Part shown: positions 20,729 to 30,405 of the stretch, in pieces
Position numbering within the stretch: the stretch's first letter is position 1
Layout of the letters: each line of letters begins with the position of its first letter
Assembly (NCBI GenBank): GCA_938034375.1
Contig: CALHLB010000030.1
Span: forward strand, 1,220-65,219
Source: an uncultured Alphaproteobacteria bacterium
GTDB lineage: Bacteria > Pseudomonadota > Alphaproteobacteria > Rhizobiales > JACESI01
Reading direction: 5' to 3'
Length of the DNA stretch: 64,000 nt
The notes under the pieces: model-generated
Told to the model about the DNA's origin: nothing
What the model saw: the letters and a program-made list of their open reading frames with translations, nothing else
Databases searched by the model: none
Position numbers and translations under genes: made by a program

Positions 20729-22657
20729 ATGAACTCCAATTTCAAAAATTTTGCGTTATGGGTTGTAATTTTGCTGATGCTCGTTGCCTTGTTTCAGCTA
20801 TTCCAAAATCCAAATCAAACGACAAACACAACGAATATTCCTTATTCGGAGTTTGTTGCTGAAGTTGATTCTGGCCGTGTGTCAAAGGTTACTATCGCGC
20901 AAGACCAGATTATTGGCAATTTTGAGAGCGGCGGTAAGTTTAAGACTTATTTTCCAGCGAATGATTCAAATTTGATTAGCCGGCTTGAAGAGAGAGGCGT
21001 TCAAATTAATGTTGAGCCTGAACCAAAAGGGTCGCCTATTTTAAGCGCTCTTCTTTCATGGTTCCCAATGTTGTTGCTTATTGGCGTATGGATTTTCTTC
21101 ATGCGACAAATGCAAGGTGGTGGCGGTAAAGCCATGGGCTTTGGAAAATCCAAAGCAAAGCTTTTAACTGAAACGTCGGGTCGTGTAACTTTTGAAGATG
21201 TTGCAGGTGTTGATGAGGCCAAGGAAGATTTGGAAGAAATTGTTGAATTTCTGAGTGATCCGCAAAAATTCCAACGTCTTGGTGGGCGTATTCCACGCGG
21301 TGTCTTGCTTGTTGGCCCGCCTGGAACAGGTAAAACGCTTATTGCACGCGCCGTGGCCGGTGAAGCCAATGTTCCTTTTTTCACTATTTCTGGTTCAGAT
21401 TTTGTGGAAATGTTTGTTGGTGTTGGTGCCTCGCGGGTTCGTGATATGTTTGAGCAGGCAAAGAAAAATTCACCCTGCATTATTTTTATTGATGAGATTG
21501 ATGCGGTTGGCCGCCACCGTGGCGCGGGTCTTGGCGGGGGGAATGATGAGCGTGAGCAAACATTGAACCAGCTTCTAGTCGAAATGGACGGTTTTGAAGC
21601 CAATGAAGGTGTAATTATTATTGCGGCAACAAACAGACCAGATGTTCTGGATCCCGCCTTGTTGCGACCAGGCCGTTTCGATCGTCAAATCACTGTACCA
21701 AATCCAGACATTACAGGGCGTGAGAAAATTTTGAAGGTTCATGTTCGTAAAGTGCCTCTTGCACCTGATGTTGATATTAAAACATTGGCGCGCGGTACTC
21801 CGGGTTTTTCTGGTGCGGATCTTATGAACCTTGTTAATGAAGCAGCACTACTTGCCGCGCGGCGTTCTAAACGGCTTGTTACCATGGCTGAATTTGAAGA
21901 TGCTAAAGACAAGGTGATGATGGGTGCTGAGCGGCGTACACTTGTTATGAGTGAGGAAGAGAAGAAATTAACGGCTTACCATGAAGCTGGTCATGCATTG
22001 GTTGCTCTTCACATGCCTGCATCCGATCCTATCCATAAAGCAACGATTATACCGCGCGGTCGTGCTTTAGGTATGGTTATGCGATTGCCGGAAAAAGATC
22101 AGGTCTCTTTAACGCGTGCCAAATGTTATGCTGATTTAGCGGTTGCGATGGGTGGACGTGTGGCTGAGGAACTTATTTTTGGCTATGATAAAGTTACTTC
22201 TGGCGCTTCTGCTGATATTAAAATGGCAACCAATTTATCGCGTGCAATGGCAACGCAATTTGGTATGTCTGATAAATTGGGTCCTTTGCTCTATAGTGAT
22301 AACCAGGATGAGGTTTTTCTTGGCCATTCGGTAGGCCGTCAACAAAATGTTTCTGATGAAACACAAAAACTGGTTGATGAAGAAGTTGCGCGTTTTGTAA
22401 CAGATGGTTATGATAAAGCTAATCAGATTTGTAACGATCATATTGACCAGTTGCACACCATTGCTAAAGGTCTTTTAGAATATGAAACATTGAGCGGCCA
22501 GGAGATTAAAGATCTTCTTGAAGGTAAGACACCTAACCGTGATGATGATACAGATACGCCGCCTTCACGTGGTTCTGCGATACCTAAAACGGGTGCTAAT
22601 AAAGCTTCAGATGGGGATGCTGATACGGGCGGTATGGAGCCACAACCACAAGGCTAA
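20729..22657 (+). CDS. ftsH: ATP-dependent zinc metalloprotease FtsH
   Basis: [11 protein letters not shown], Walker [21 protein letters not shown] region, HEAGHAL zinc motif. Confidence 0.97.
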   Translation: MNSNFKNFALWVVILLMLVALFQLFQNPNQTTNTTNIPYSEFVAEVDSGRVSKVTIAQDQIIGNFESGGKFKTYFPANDSNLISRLEERGVQINVEPEPKGSPILSALLSWFPMLLLIGVWIFFMRQMQGGGGKAMGFGKSKAKLLTETSGRVTFEDVAGVDEAKEDLEEIVEFLSDPQKFQRLGGRIPRGVLLVGPPGTGKTLIARAVAGEANVPFFTISGSDFVEMFVGVGASRVRDMFEQAKKNSPCIIFIDEIDAVGRHRGAGLGGGNDEREQTLNQLLVEMDGFEANEGVIIIAATNRPDVLDPALLRPGRFDRQITVPNPDITGREKILKVHVRKVPLAPDVDIKTLARGTPGFSGADLMNLVNEAALLAARRSKRLVTMAEFEDAKDKVMMGAERRTLVMSEEEKKLTAYHEAGHALVALHMPASDPIHKATIIPRGRALGMVMRLPEKDQVSLTRAKCYADLAVAMGGRVAEELIFGYDKVTSGASADIKMATNLSRAMATQFGMSDKLGPLLYSDNQDEVFLGHSVGRQQNVSDETQKLVDEEVARFVTDGYDKANQICNDHIDQLHTIAKGLLEYETLSGQEIKDLLEGKTPNRDDDTDTPPSRGSAIPKTGANKASDGDADTGGMEPQPQG

Positions 22658-22683
22658 AATAGTTAACCTTTTGACTGTAAAAG

Positions 22684-22710
22684 CCCTCAATCTTTGATTG
22701 GGGGTTTTTT
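22684..22710 (+). terminator. Rho-independent terminator after ftsH
   Basis: CCCTCAATC-ttt-GATTGGGGG (one G-U pair) followed by TTTTTT. Confidence 0.65.
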
Positions 22711-22819
22711 ATTCACAAAAGATAACGACAATGAAGCGTAAATTGTCTTTGAAAATATTGTGCAAATGTTTATGAAAGCTAGTTATAGGCTTTGTAAGCA
22801 AAACAGGGGATGGGCTTTT

Positions 22820-24166
22820 ATGGCACGTAAATATTTCGGAACAGATGGCATTCGCGGTAAAGCTAATGCGTGGCCCATAACCCCTGAAATTGCCATGAAG
22901 GTGGGTATGGCTGCAGGTTTGATGTTTCGAAATGGTGACCATCGTCACCGCGTTATGATTGGTAAAGATACGCGCCTTTCAGGGTATATGATTGAAAATG
23001 CGCTTGTTGCTGGTTTTACGTCTGTTGGTGTTGATGTGCTTTTGTCAGGGCCAATACCAACGCCAGGCGTTGCTATACTTACCCGCTCTATGCGTTGTGA
23101 TATTGGGGTGATGATTTCCGCCTCTCACAATGCTTATGCGGATAATGGAATTAAGCTATTTGGTCCTGATGGATATAAATTATCCGATGATGTTGAGCAA
23201 AAAATTGAAGATCTTCTTGATGAGGATTTAAGTTCCCGCCTTGCAACAAGTGCAGAGCTTGGCCGCGCGCGCCGTGTTGAGGGAACATTGCAACGTTATG
23301 TGGAATATGCAAAACGCACTTTGCCGCGTGGTTTGAATTTTGAGGGATTACGTGTTGCGGTAGATTGCTCTAATGGTGCTGCTTATAAAGTTGCTCCTGA
23401 GGCTCTTTGGGAGCTGGGCGCGGAAGTTATCTCTTTGGGTGTGGAGCCTAATGGCACAAATATTAATAAAGATTGCGGTTCAACCAATACGAATGCGCTA
23501 CGCCGCAAGGTGCGTGAGGTTCGTGCGGATATTGGCATTGCTCTGGATGGTGATGCCGACCGTGTTATTATTGTTGATGAAAAGAGCAACATTATTGATG
23601 GTGATCAATTGATGGCGGTTGTTGCCCAATCATGGAAAAAGCATGGGCGTCTGGAAAAAGACGGCATTGTTGCAACGGTTATGTCTAATTTGGGGCTTGA
23701 ACGTTTTTTGAAGGATGAAAATTTAACCCTTGAGCGCACACAAGTGGGCGACCGTTATGTTGTTGAACATATGCGCGCCCATGGCTTTAATGTGGGGGGC
23801 GAGCAATCAGGTCATCTGGTTTTATCAGATTATTCAACAACGGGTGATGGCCTTGTCGCTGCTTTACAGATTTTGGCCGTTGTTGCTGAAAAAGGAAAAC
23901 CTGTTAGTGAGGTTTGCCATTGTTTTGAGCCTGTACCCCAACTTTTGAAAAATGTTCGTTTTTCTGGTGGTGAACCGCTTGAAAATGAAACTGTTAAAGA
24001 AGCTATTAATGAAGGCAAGGCGCTACTTGGTAATAATGGACGCTTGGTTATTCGTAAATCGGGTACAGAACCTTTAATTCGTGTCATGGCTGAGGGTGAT
24101 GATGCTAGTATCATTGAAGGTGTTGTTGATGATGTTATTGGTGCCGTTAGTACAGTTTCTGTATAA
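22820..24166 (+). CDS. glmM: phosphoglucosamine mutase GlmM
   Basis: [13 protein letters not shown], active-site [27 protein letters not shown]. Confidence 0.95.
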   Translation: MARKYFGTDGIRGKANAWPITPEIAMKVGMAAGLMFRNGDHRHRVMIGKDTRLSGYMIENALVAGFTSVGVDVLLSGPIPTPGVAILTRSMRCDIGVMISASHNAYADNGIKLFGPDGYKLSDDVEQKIEDLLDEDLSSRLATSAELGRARRVEGTLQRYVEYAKRTLPRGLNFEGLRVAVDCSNGAAYKVAPEALWELGAEVISLGVEPNGTNINKDCGSTNTNALRRKVREVRADIGIALDGDADRVIIVDEKSNIIDGDQLMAVVAQSWKKHGRLEKDGIVATVMSNLGLERFLKDENLTLERTQVGDRYVVEHMRAHGFNVGGEQSGHLVLSDYSTTGDGLVAALQILAVVAEKGKPVSEVCHCFEPVPQLLKNVRFSGGEPLENETVKEAINEGKALLGNNGRLVIRKSGTEPLIRVMAEGDDASIIEGVVDDVIGAVSTVSV

Positions 24167-24354
24167 ATTCAGTTATTTGCAATAATTTATTTTTAATAAT
24201 TGATTAATTAATATTAACTTAGCATATATATTTATTAATATTGGTTAATTTTTAAGTTTAATTTTATTGGTTAATCCTGTTTTAAGTATTTTGGTTAATA
24301 GTATTCATTAATCCCGCTGGGTATTGAGTAATTAGTAATGAAGAGGATTTTTCT

Positions 24355-25164
24355 ATGAGCCGTTTTTTGAAAGTCGGCCTGGCACTTATGGTATCGACAG
24401 CCTTTTATGCTGCTCCTACGAGCGCGGCTGATTTAGATCTGCCGTCTCCACCCGTTATTGAGCATACGCCTGTTGTTGCAAGTGCTGGTGGATTTTATCT
24501 TCGTGGTGATATTGGATATTCTATTTGGCAGGATCCTGATTTTTCAGATACTGTTGGTAATCCGGATGGTGATCCTTGGGTTAATGTTACCAGTGATAAT
24601 ACGCTTATCGCTGGTGTTGGTGTTGGTTATAAATTCAGAAAATACCTAAGAGCAGACATCACCTTTGATATTGGCAAAGGAAAAGATATTGATGGTCTTG
24701 CTCCCTGTGGTGCCTGTATTGCACCAGGAAATCCTGGATTCACAAGAGAGAATGTGAATCTATCTTCCTATACGACACTTGCCAATGCTTATTTTGATAT
24801 TGGTGAATTTAGACGTTTCACACCCTATGTTGGTGCCGGTATTGGTTTCAGTTTCCTCGATTTTGGTCGTTTGATATCATCGGATAATCCCCCAACCCAA
24901 GATCCTGTATCGACATTCCGAACAGATGATCGCATAGCACTAGCGTGGGCATTACATGCAGGTGCTAGTTATGCGGTAAATGATAATTTGTCTCTTGATG
25001 CCAGCTATCGTTTTTTGAATGTTGATGGTGGCCAACTATTTGATGTCGGTTTTGGGACTGTTGATTATGAGGACTTACGCGGACATGAGGTACGCCTTGG
25101 TTTTCGTTATACGTTCGGTGGTTCAGAACCTACTTATGAAGCACCACAGCCTATCTTTAAATAA
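24355..25164 (+). CDS. outer-membrane beta-barrel protein (Omp25/Omp31-type porin family)
   Basis: Signal peptide ending TSAADL, alternating beta-strand pattern, terminal barrel strand LGFRYTF followed by a short tail. Confidence 0.72.
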   Translation: MSRFLKVGLALMVSTAFYAAPTSAADLDLPSPPVIEHTPVVASAGGFYLRGDIGYSIWQDPDFSDTVGNPDGDPWVNVTSDNTLIAGVGVGYKFRKYLRADITFDIGKGKDIDGLAPCGACIAPGNPGFTRENVNLSSYTTLANAYFDIGEFRRFTPYVGAGIGFSFLDFGRLISSDNPPTQDPVSTFRTDDRIALAWALHAGASYAVNDNLSLDASYRFLNVDGGQLFDVGFGTVDYEDLRGHEVRLGFRYTFGGSEPTYEAPQPIFK

Positions 25165-25186
25165 ATACTTTTTAAAAATGATTCAA

Positions 25187-25215
25187 AACGGCGGGTTTAC
25201 CCGCCGTTTTCTTTT
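25187..25215 (+). terminator. Rho-independent terminator after OMP gene
   Basis: AACGGCGGG-ttta-CCCGCCGTT followed by a T-rich run. Confidence 0.75.
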
Positions 25216-25332
25216 GGATGCTTAATTTGGGATCCGAATATAAAATCAATTGACATTCTCCTGATACCAGTATACCTAAATAAGTGGGACACCCTTCCCC
25301 AACGAAGGGCAACTATCTGTGAGGGTAGAGAT

Positions 25333-26493
25333 ATGACAGATATTTTGAAACCGGCTACGCGGCCGGAAAATCCGCGTTTTTCTTCTGGTCCTTGTGCGAA
25401 GAGGCCAAATTGGTCGCCTGATAGTTTAAAGGATGCCGCTTTAGGGCGTTCCCATAGAGCAAAAATCGGTAAATCAAAACTAAAAAAAGCGATTGATTAC
25501 ACACATGAGATATTGGGTGTGCCTGATGATTATGTCATCGGCATTGTACCAGGCTCCGACACAGGCGCTTTTGAAATGGCCATGTGGACCATGCTGGGTG
25601 CGCGCGGTGTTACCATGCTTTCCTGGGAAAGTTTTGGTGCTGGTTGGGTTAGTGATGTTACCAAACAACTGAAACTTGAAGGTGTATCAATAATTGATGC
25701 GGATTATGGGGACTTGCCAGACCTCTCAAATATAAATTTTGATGATGACGTGTGCTTTACTTGGAATGGCACAACATCTGGTGTGCGTGTTCCAAATGCT
25801 GACTGGATAAAATCTGATCGCTCGGGATTGACATTTTGTGATGCGACATCAGCCGCTTTTGCCCAGGACCTTGAATGGGATAAGCTCGATGTAACAACTT
25901 ATTCATGGCAGAAGGTACTTGGTGGCGAGGGGGGGCATGGCATGTTAATTTTGTCGCCTCGTGCTATTGAACGTTTGGAAACTTATACACCGGCATGGCC
26001 TTTACCTAAAATTTTCCGTCTTACAAAAGGTGGCAAGTTGATTTCAGGCATTTTTGAAGGGGCAACGATTAACACGCCAAGTATGCTTTGTGTTGAAGAT
26101 TATCTGGATGCGTTAGCTTGGAGCCGTGACGTTGGTGGCCTTAATGGCTTGATGAAACGGGTTGATGATAATTTCGCTGTCTTAAATGACTGGGTTGAGA
26201 AAACAGCATGGATTGAGTTTTTGGCAAAAGCGCCTGAAACGCGCTCTAATACCTCTGTTTGCCTGGTAATTTCCGATCCGGAGGTTGTTGCCTTAAATGA
26301 GGATGCACAAATCGCTTTTGCTAAGAAAATAGTTTCTCTGCTTGATAAGGAAGAGGTTGCTTTTGACATTGGTGCTTATCGTGATGCGCCTGCAGGGCTT
26401 CGTATTTGGGCAGGTGCAACGGTTGAAACATCTGATTTAAAAGCGTTGACTGAATGGCTCGATTGGGCCTTTGATCAAGTGAAAATAGCTTAA
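25333..26493 (+). CDS. serC: phosphoserine aminotransferase
   Basis: 386-aa class V aminotransferase of the alphaproteobacterial SerC type ([29 protein letters not shown]). Upstream of serA. Confidence 0.88.
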   Translation: MTDILKPATRPENPRFSSGPCAKRPNWSPDSLKDAALGRSHRAKIGKSKLKKAIDYTHEILGVPDDYVIGIVPGSDTGAFEMAMWTMLGARGVTMLSWESFGAGWVSDVTKQLKLEGVSIIDADYGDLPDLSNINFDDDVCFTWNGTTSGVRVPNADWIKSDRSGLTFCDATSAAFAQDLEWDKLDVTTYSWQKVLGGEGGHGMLILSPRAIERLETYTPAWPLPKIFRLTKGGKLISGIFEGATINTPSMLCVEDYLDALAWSRDVGGLNGLMKRVDDNFAVLNDWVEKTAWIEFLAKAPETRSNTSVCLVISDPEVVALNEDAQIAFAKKIVSLLDKEEVAFDIGAYRDAPAGLRIWAGATVETSDLKALTEWLDWAFDQVKIA

Positions 26494-26578
26494 CTTTCTT
26501 TCAAAAAATCCAAACATTCACCCGTTAATGGGCAAGAGGCAAAACACGTTTTGCCTTCTAACGACAAGGAAAAATCTT

Positions 26579-28165
26579 ATGGCTCCTCGTGTATTAATTT
26601 CTGATAAACTATCTCCAACCGCTGTTCAAATTTTTAAAGATAAAGGGGTTGATGTTGATTTCCAGCCGGATCTTGGCAAAGACAAGGAAAAGCTTTTGGA
26701 GGTTATTGGTCAATATGATGGTTTGGCTATTCGTTCAGCTACTAAAGTCACTGAAAAAATTATTGAAGCTGCTGATAATCTTAAAGTTATTGGGCGCGCT
26801 GGTATTGGCGTAGATAATGTGGACATTCCTAAAGCTTCTGGCAAAGGCATTATTGTGATGAATACGCCTTTTGGTAATTCCATCACCACGGCAGAACATG
26901 CCATTGCCATGATGTTTGCCGTTGCGCGGCAAATTCCGGCAGCAGATGTTTCCACCCAGCAAGGCAAGTGGGAGAAATCCAAATTTATGGGAGTTGAGTT
27001 AACTTCTAAAGTACTTGGTATTATTGGTGCTGGTAATATTGGCTCAATCGTTGCGGAACGAGCTTTAGGCCTTAAGATGAAGGTTGTTGCTTTTGATCCA
27101 TTCCTTTCACCTGAACGAGCCATAGAATTGGGTATTGAAAAGGTTGATCTGGACGGGCTTTTTGCTCGTGCTGATTTTATTACTCTGCACACACCACTTA
27201 CTGAAAAGACAAAAAGCATTATTAATGCAGATGCATTTTCAAAAATGAAAGATGGTGTAAGAATTATCAATTGCGCTCGAGGCGGCTTGATTGTTGAACA
27301 GGATTTGGCTGAAGCCTTAAAGTCAGGTAAGGTTGCAGGTGCCGCCATTGATGTTTTTGAAGAAGAGCCGGCACGAGAAAATGTGCTTTTTGATTTGCCT
27401 AATGTTGTTTGTACGCCGCATCTTGGTGCTGCAACAACAGAAGCGCAAGAAAATGTTGCTTTGCAAATAGCAGAACAAATGGCTGATTATTTAATGAAAG
27501 GTGCTGTATCGAATGCTTTGAATATGCCTTCGATCACGGCTGAAGAGGCACCAAGGTTAACACCTTTCATCAAACTGGCTGAAAACCTTGGCCAATTTGC
27601 AGGGCAAGTAACGGAAACTGGTATTAAATCTGTTCGTATTGAATATGAGGGTAATGTTTCAGAAATGAACATAAAAGCCCTAACCGCAGCGGCCATTTCT
27701 GGTTTGATGCAACCTTTATTGCAAACAGTGAATATGGTTTCTGCACCGGTTGTTGCCCGTGACCGTGGCATTAAAATTGAGGAGGTTCGTCGTTCTCAAG
27801 AAGGAGCCTATGAAAATTATATTCGTCTAACAGTTACAACAGAAAAACAGGAACGTTCTGTTGCGGGGACTGTTTTTGCAGATGGCAAGCCACGCTTTAT
27901 TCAGATTAAGGGAACAAATATGGAGGCCGAATTTGGCTCTCATATGATTTATATTACCAATCAGGATAAACCGGGTTTTATTGGCCGTTTGGGGACAGCG
28001 CTTGGTGAACATAGTGTGAATATTGCGACCTTTTCTTTGGGAAGAAAAGAACAAGGCAGCGATGCGATTGCTCTTTTGGAAGTTGATGGCGAGGTTGCTG
28101 ATAGAGTTATTGAAGATATTCAGGGCCTTGAAGGGGTTATTCAAGTAAAAGCCCTGAGGTTTTAG
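26579..28165 (+). CDS. serA: D-3-phosphoglycerate dehydrogenase
   Basis: GIIGAGNIGSIVA NAD motif, TLHTPLT, ARGGLI, C-terminal ACT domain. Start at MAPRVLISD. Confidence 0.95.
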   Translation: MAPRVLISDKLSPTAVQIFKDKGVDVDFQPDLGKDKEKLLEVIGQYDGLAIRSATKVTEKIIEAADNLKVIGRAGIGVDNVDIPKASGKGIIVMNTPFGNSITTAEHAIAMMFAVARQIPAADVSTQQGKWEKSKFMGVELTSKVLGIIGAGNIGSIVAERALGLKMKVVAFDPFLSPERAIELGIEKVDLDGLFARADFITLHTPLTEKTKSIINADAFSKMKDGVRIINCARGGLIVEQDLAEALKSGKVAGAAIDVFEEEPARENVLFDLPNVVCTPHLGAATTEAQENVALQIAEQMADYLMKGAVSNALNMPSITAEEAPRLTPFIKLAENLGQFAGQVTETGIKSVRIEYEGNVSEMNIKALTAAAISGLMQPLLQTVNMVSAPVVARDRGIKIEEVRRSQEGAYENYIRLTVTTEKQERSVAGTVFADGKPRFIQIKGTNMEAEFGSHMIYITNQDKPGFIGRLGTALGEHSVNIATFSLGRKEQGSDAIALLEVDGEVADRVIEDIQGLEGVIQVKALRF

Positions 28166-28224
28166 ACCTTAATGGGACCCAATGTAAAATGTAATTTGAG
28201 GGCTTCTAACTCAAAAAAATTTTA

Positions 28225-28256
28225 AACCAGCCTTTTTAAAGGGCTGGTTTTTCTTT
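28225..28256 (+). terminator. Rho-independent terminator after serA
   Basis: AACCAGCC-loop-GGCTGGTT followed by TTTTCTTTT. Confidence 0.7.
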
Positions 28257-28422
28257 TAATTTATTTTTCATTCCTTATATTGAGGAAAGCGGCATTTTGT
28301 CTGGTGTTGATGTTAATTGATGCAAGGCAATTTTTGGCATTGACTATGCGTTTTTTTAAGCTTTGATTAGAGGTGTTTTGAAGGCGCATGAAAAGGCATG
28401 TTCTAGTTTAAGGATATTAAAA

Positions 28423-29331
28423 ATGGCTAACGGCAATCTTCCAAGCATTCCTTCACCAGATGATGGTCTTTCACGGTATCTTTCTGAAATACGCAAATAC
28501 CCAATGCTTGAACCTCAAGAAGAATTTATGTTGGCAAAAGCCTATCATGAGCATGATGACAGGCAAGCTGTGCAGAAAATGGTAACCAGTCATTTGCGCT
28601 TGGTTGCAAAGGTTGCCATGGGATATCGTGGCTATGGGTTACCTGTAAATGAAGTTATTTCTGAGGGAAATGTTGGCCTAATGCAGGCGGTCAAAAAATT
28701 TGACCCTGATAAGGGGTTTCGTCTTGCCACTTATGCGCTTTGGTGGATTAAGGCTTCTATTCAGGAATATATTTTGCGTTCTTGGTCTTTGGTTAAAATT
28801 GGTACAACGGCCAGCCAAAAGCGTCTTTTTTTCAATCTTCGTAAAGTTAAAGGTCAAATTCAGGCTGTTGAAGACGGTGATTTATTGCCTGATCAGGTTA
28901 CCAAGATTGCAACAAAGCTTGGTGTTTCTGAAAGCGATGTTGTGTCTATGAACCAGCGCATGTCTGGTGATAAGTCGCTTAATGCTCCTATCCGGTCTGA
29001 AGAAGGCGCGGGTGAATTCCAGGATTGGCTTGTTGATAATAATGATACCCCTGATGAGATTTATGAACAGCAGGAAGAGCTTGACCATCGGCGTCATTTG
29101 CTGAAAGAAGCAATGAAGGTGCTTGATGAGAGGGAAGTTCGTATTTTTCAAGCGCGTCGCATGGAAGAACCGGTTAAGACCTTAGAACAGCTTTCAGAAG
29201 AATTTAACGTGAGCCGTGAGCGGGTGCGCCAAATTGAAGTGAGGGCTTTTGAGAAAATTCAAAAAGCCGTTCGCCGCCTTTCCCGTGAAGAAATGCAGGA
29301 AAGACAGCAATTACTTGGTCGTTCTAGCTAG
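28423..29331 (+). CDS. rpoH: RNA polymerase sigma-32 factor RpoH
   Basis: LSRYLSEIRKYPML, HLRLVAKVAMGYRGYGLP, RpoB ox-like... see note: RpoH box-like QKRLFFNLRK, region 4 VSRERVRQIE. Confidence 0.9.
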   Translation: MANGNLPSIPSPDDGLSRYLSEIRKYPMLEPQEEFMLAKAYHEHDDRQAVQKMVTSHLRLVAKVAMGYRGYGLPVNEVISEGNVGLMQAVKKFDPDKGFRLATYALWWIKASIQEYILRSWSLVKIGTTASQKRLFFNLRKVKGQIQAVEDGDLLPDQVTKIATKLGVSESDVVSMNQRMSGDKSLNAPIRSEEGAGEFQDWLVDNNDTPDEIYEQQEELDHRRHLLKEAMKVLDEREVRIFQARRMEEPVKTLEQLSEEFNVSRERVRQIEVRAFEKIQKAVRRLSREEMQERQQLLGRSS

Positions 29332-29367
29332 TTTGAATCTCGTTAATAGCTTATTTATGAGAATTTT

Positions 29368-30381
29368 ATGGCAAGGGTAAGTTATTTTCAAAGATTTTCT
29401 CAAAAAGAAAATCATATAACCAATAATACACTGTTGGTTATGCGCTATTTTTATCAATCCTCGCCTCTTAAATTTGGTGCTATTTTATCAACTCTTATTG
29501 AGGAAAATTTTGAAGTCGGTTTGATTTTCCAACAACAAGTCAAGCAGTCGGCCAGTGTTCCAGATGCATTGATTGCCCAGAAACCGCTTGCTCTTTATTT
29601 TGAGACAAAACGGGGAGGTGATTTAGATATTAGCCAGATTGAACGCCATATCGAATCGATTGCTAATATTAAAGCTCACGAGACGACCAATATATTATTC
29701 GGTTTAACGAGTTCCCCCATTTCAGTGGATATTACAATGGACTTACAACAAAAAGCAAAATCAAAAGGTATTATTTTTGCGCCTATTACTTATGCAGATA
29801 TTGTTTCGGCTTTGAGGGAAGAGTGCCTCCAACATGAAGAGACATTAAAAGACATTTTAAATGATTATGAGGATTATCTGGTTAGTGAAAACCTTCTTCA
29901 ATTGGGCGATGTTATGACCGTTTTTCCCTGCGGCATTTCGCTTGAAGAGAATATTCGTTTCCAATTGTATTTTGAACCAGCGGAGAGACCAGCAAGGCAT
30001 AGATCAAAGTTTATTGGCCTTTACAAGCATAAATGCGTTCGTTATCTCGCTGCTATTCATACAATTATAACTGGGCAGACAACCAGTGACGGGGGGTTTA
30101 AAATAAACAAGATCGAAAAAGGTCAACGTTCAGATGAGGATATAAATCGCATTGAGGGCGCTATAAAAGCGTGTGACTATTTTCCTGATTTTGCGATGGC
30201 AGAACATCGTTTCTATTTGTTTGATGCGCTTTGTGAAACGGAAATTAATAAAACTTCCAGAGGTGGCATATGGGGTGCGCGTGTATTCAATCTTACTGAT
30301 TGGTTAGAATATGAAGACCCCGCATACTCTTATTCATGTAAAGAGGCTGCACTCCTTTTGAAAAAGAAGACCTTTACTTAA
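29368..30381 (+). CDS. hypothetical protein with N-terminal PD-(D/E)xK nuclease-like motif
   Basis: 337-aa ORF. VPDALIAQKPLALYFETK gives P-D ... E-x-K spacing typical of the restriction-endonuclease fold. The C-terminal 200 aa has no motif I recognise. Confidence 0.5.
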   Translation: MARVSYFQRFSQKENHITNNTLLVMRYFYQSSPLKFGAILSTLIEENFEVGLIFQQQVKQSASVPDALIAQKPLALYFETKRGGDLDISQIERHIESIANIKAHETTNILFGLTSSPISVDITMDLQQKAKSKGIIFAPITYADIVSALREECLQHEETLKDILNDYEDYLVSENLLQLGDVMTVFPCGISLEENIRFQLYFEPAERPARHRSKFIGLYKHKCVRYLAAIHTIITGQTTSDGGFKINKIEKGQRSDEDINRIEGAIKACDYFPDFAMAEHRFYLFDALCETEINKTSRGGIWGARVFNLTDWLEYEDPAYSYSCKEAALLLKKKTFT

Positions 30382-30405
30382 TGTCGTTTTTAAAAGCAGA
30401 CGCAA

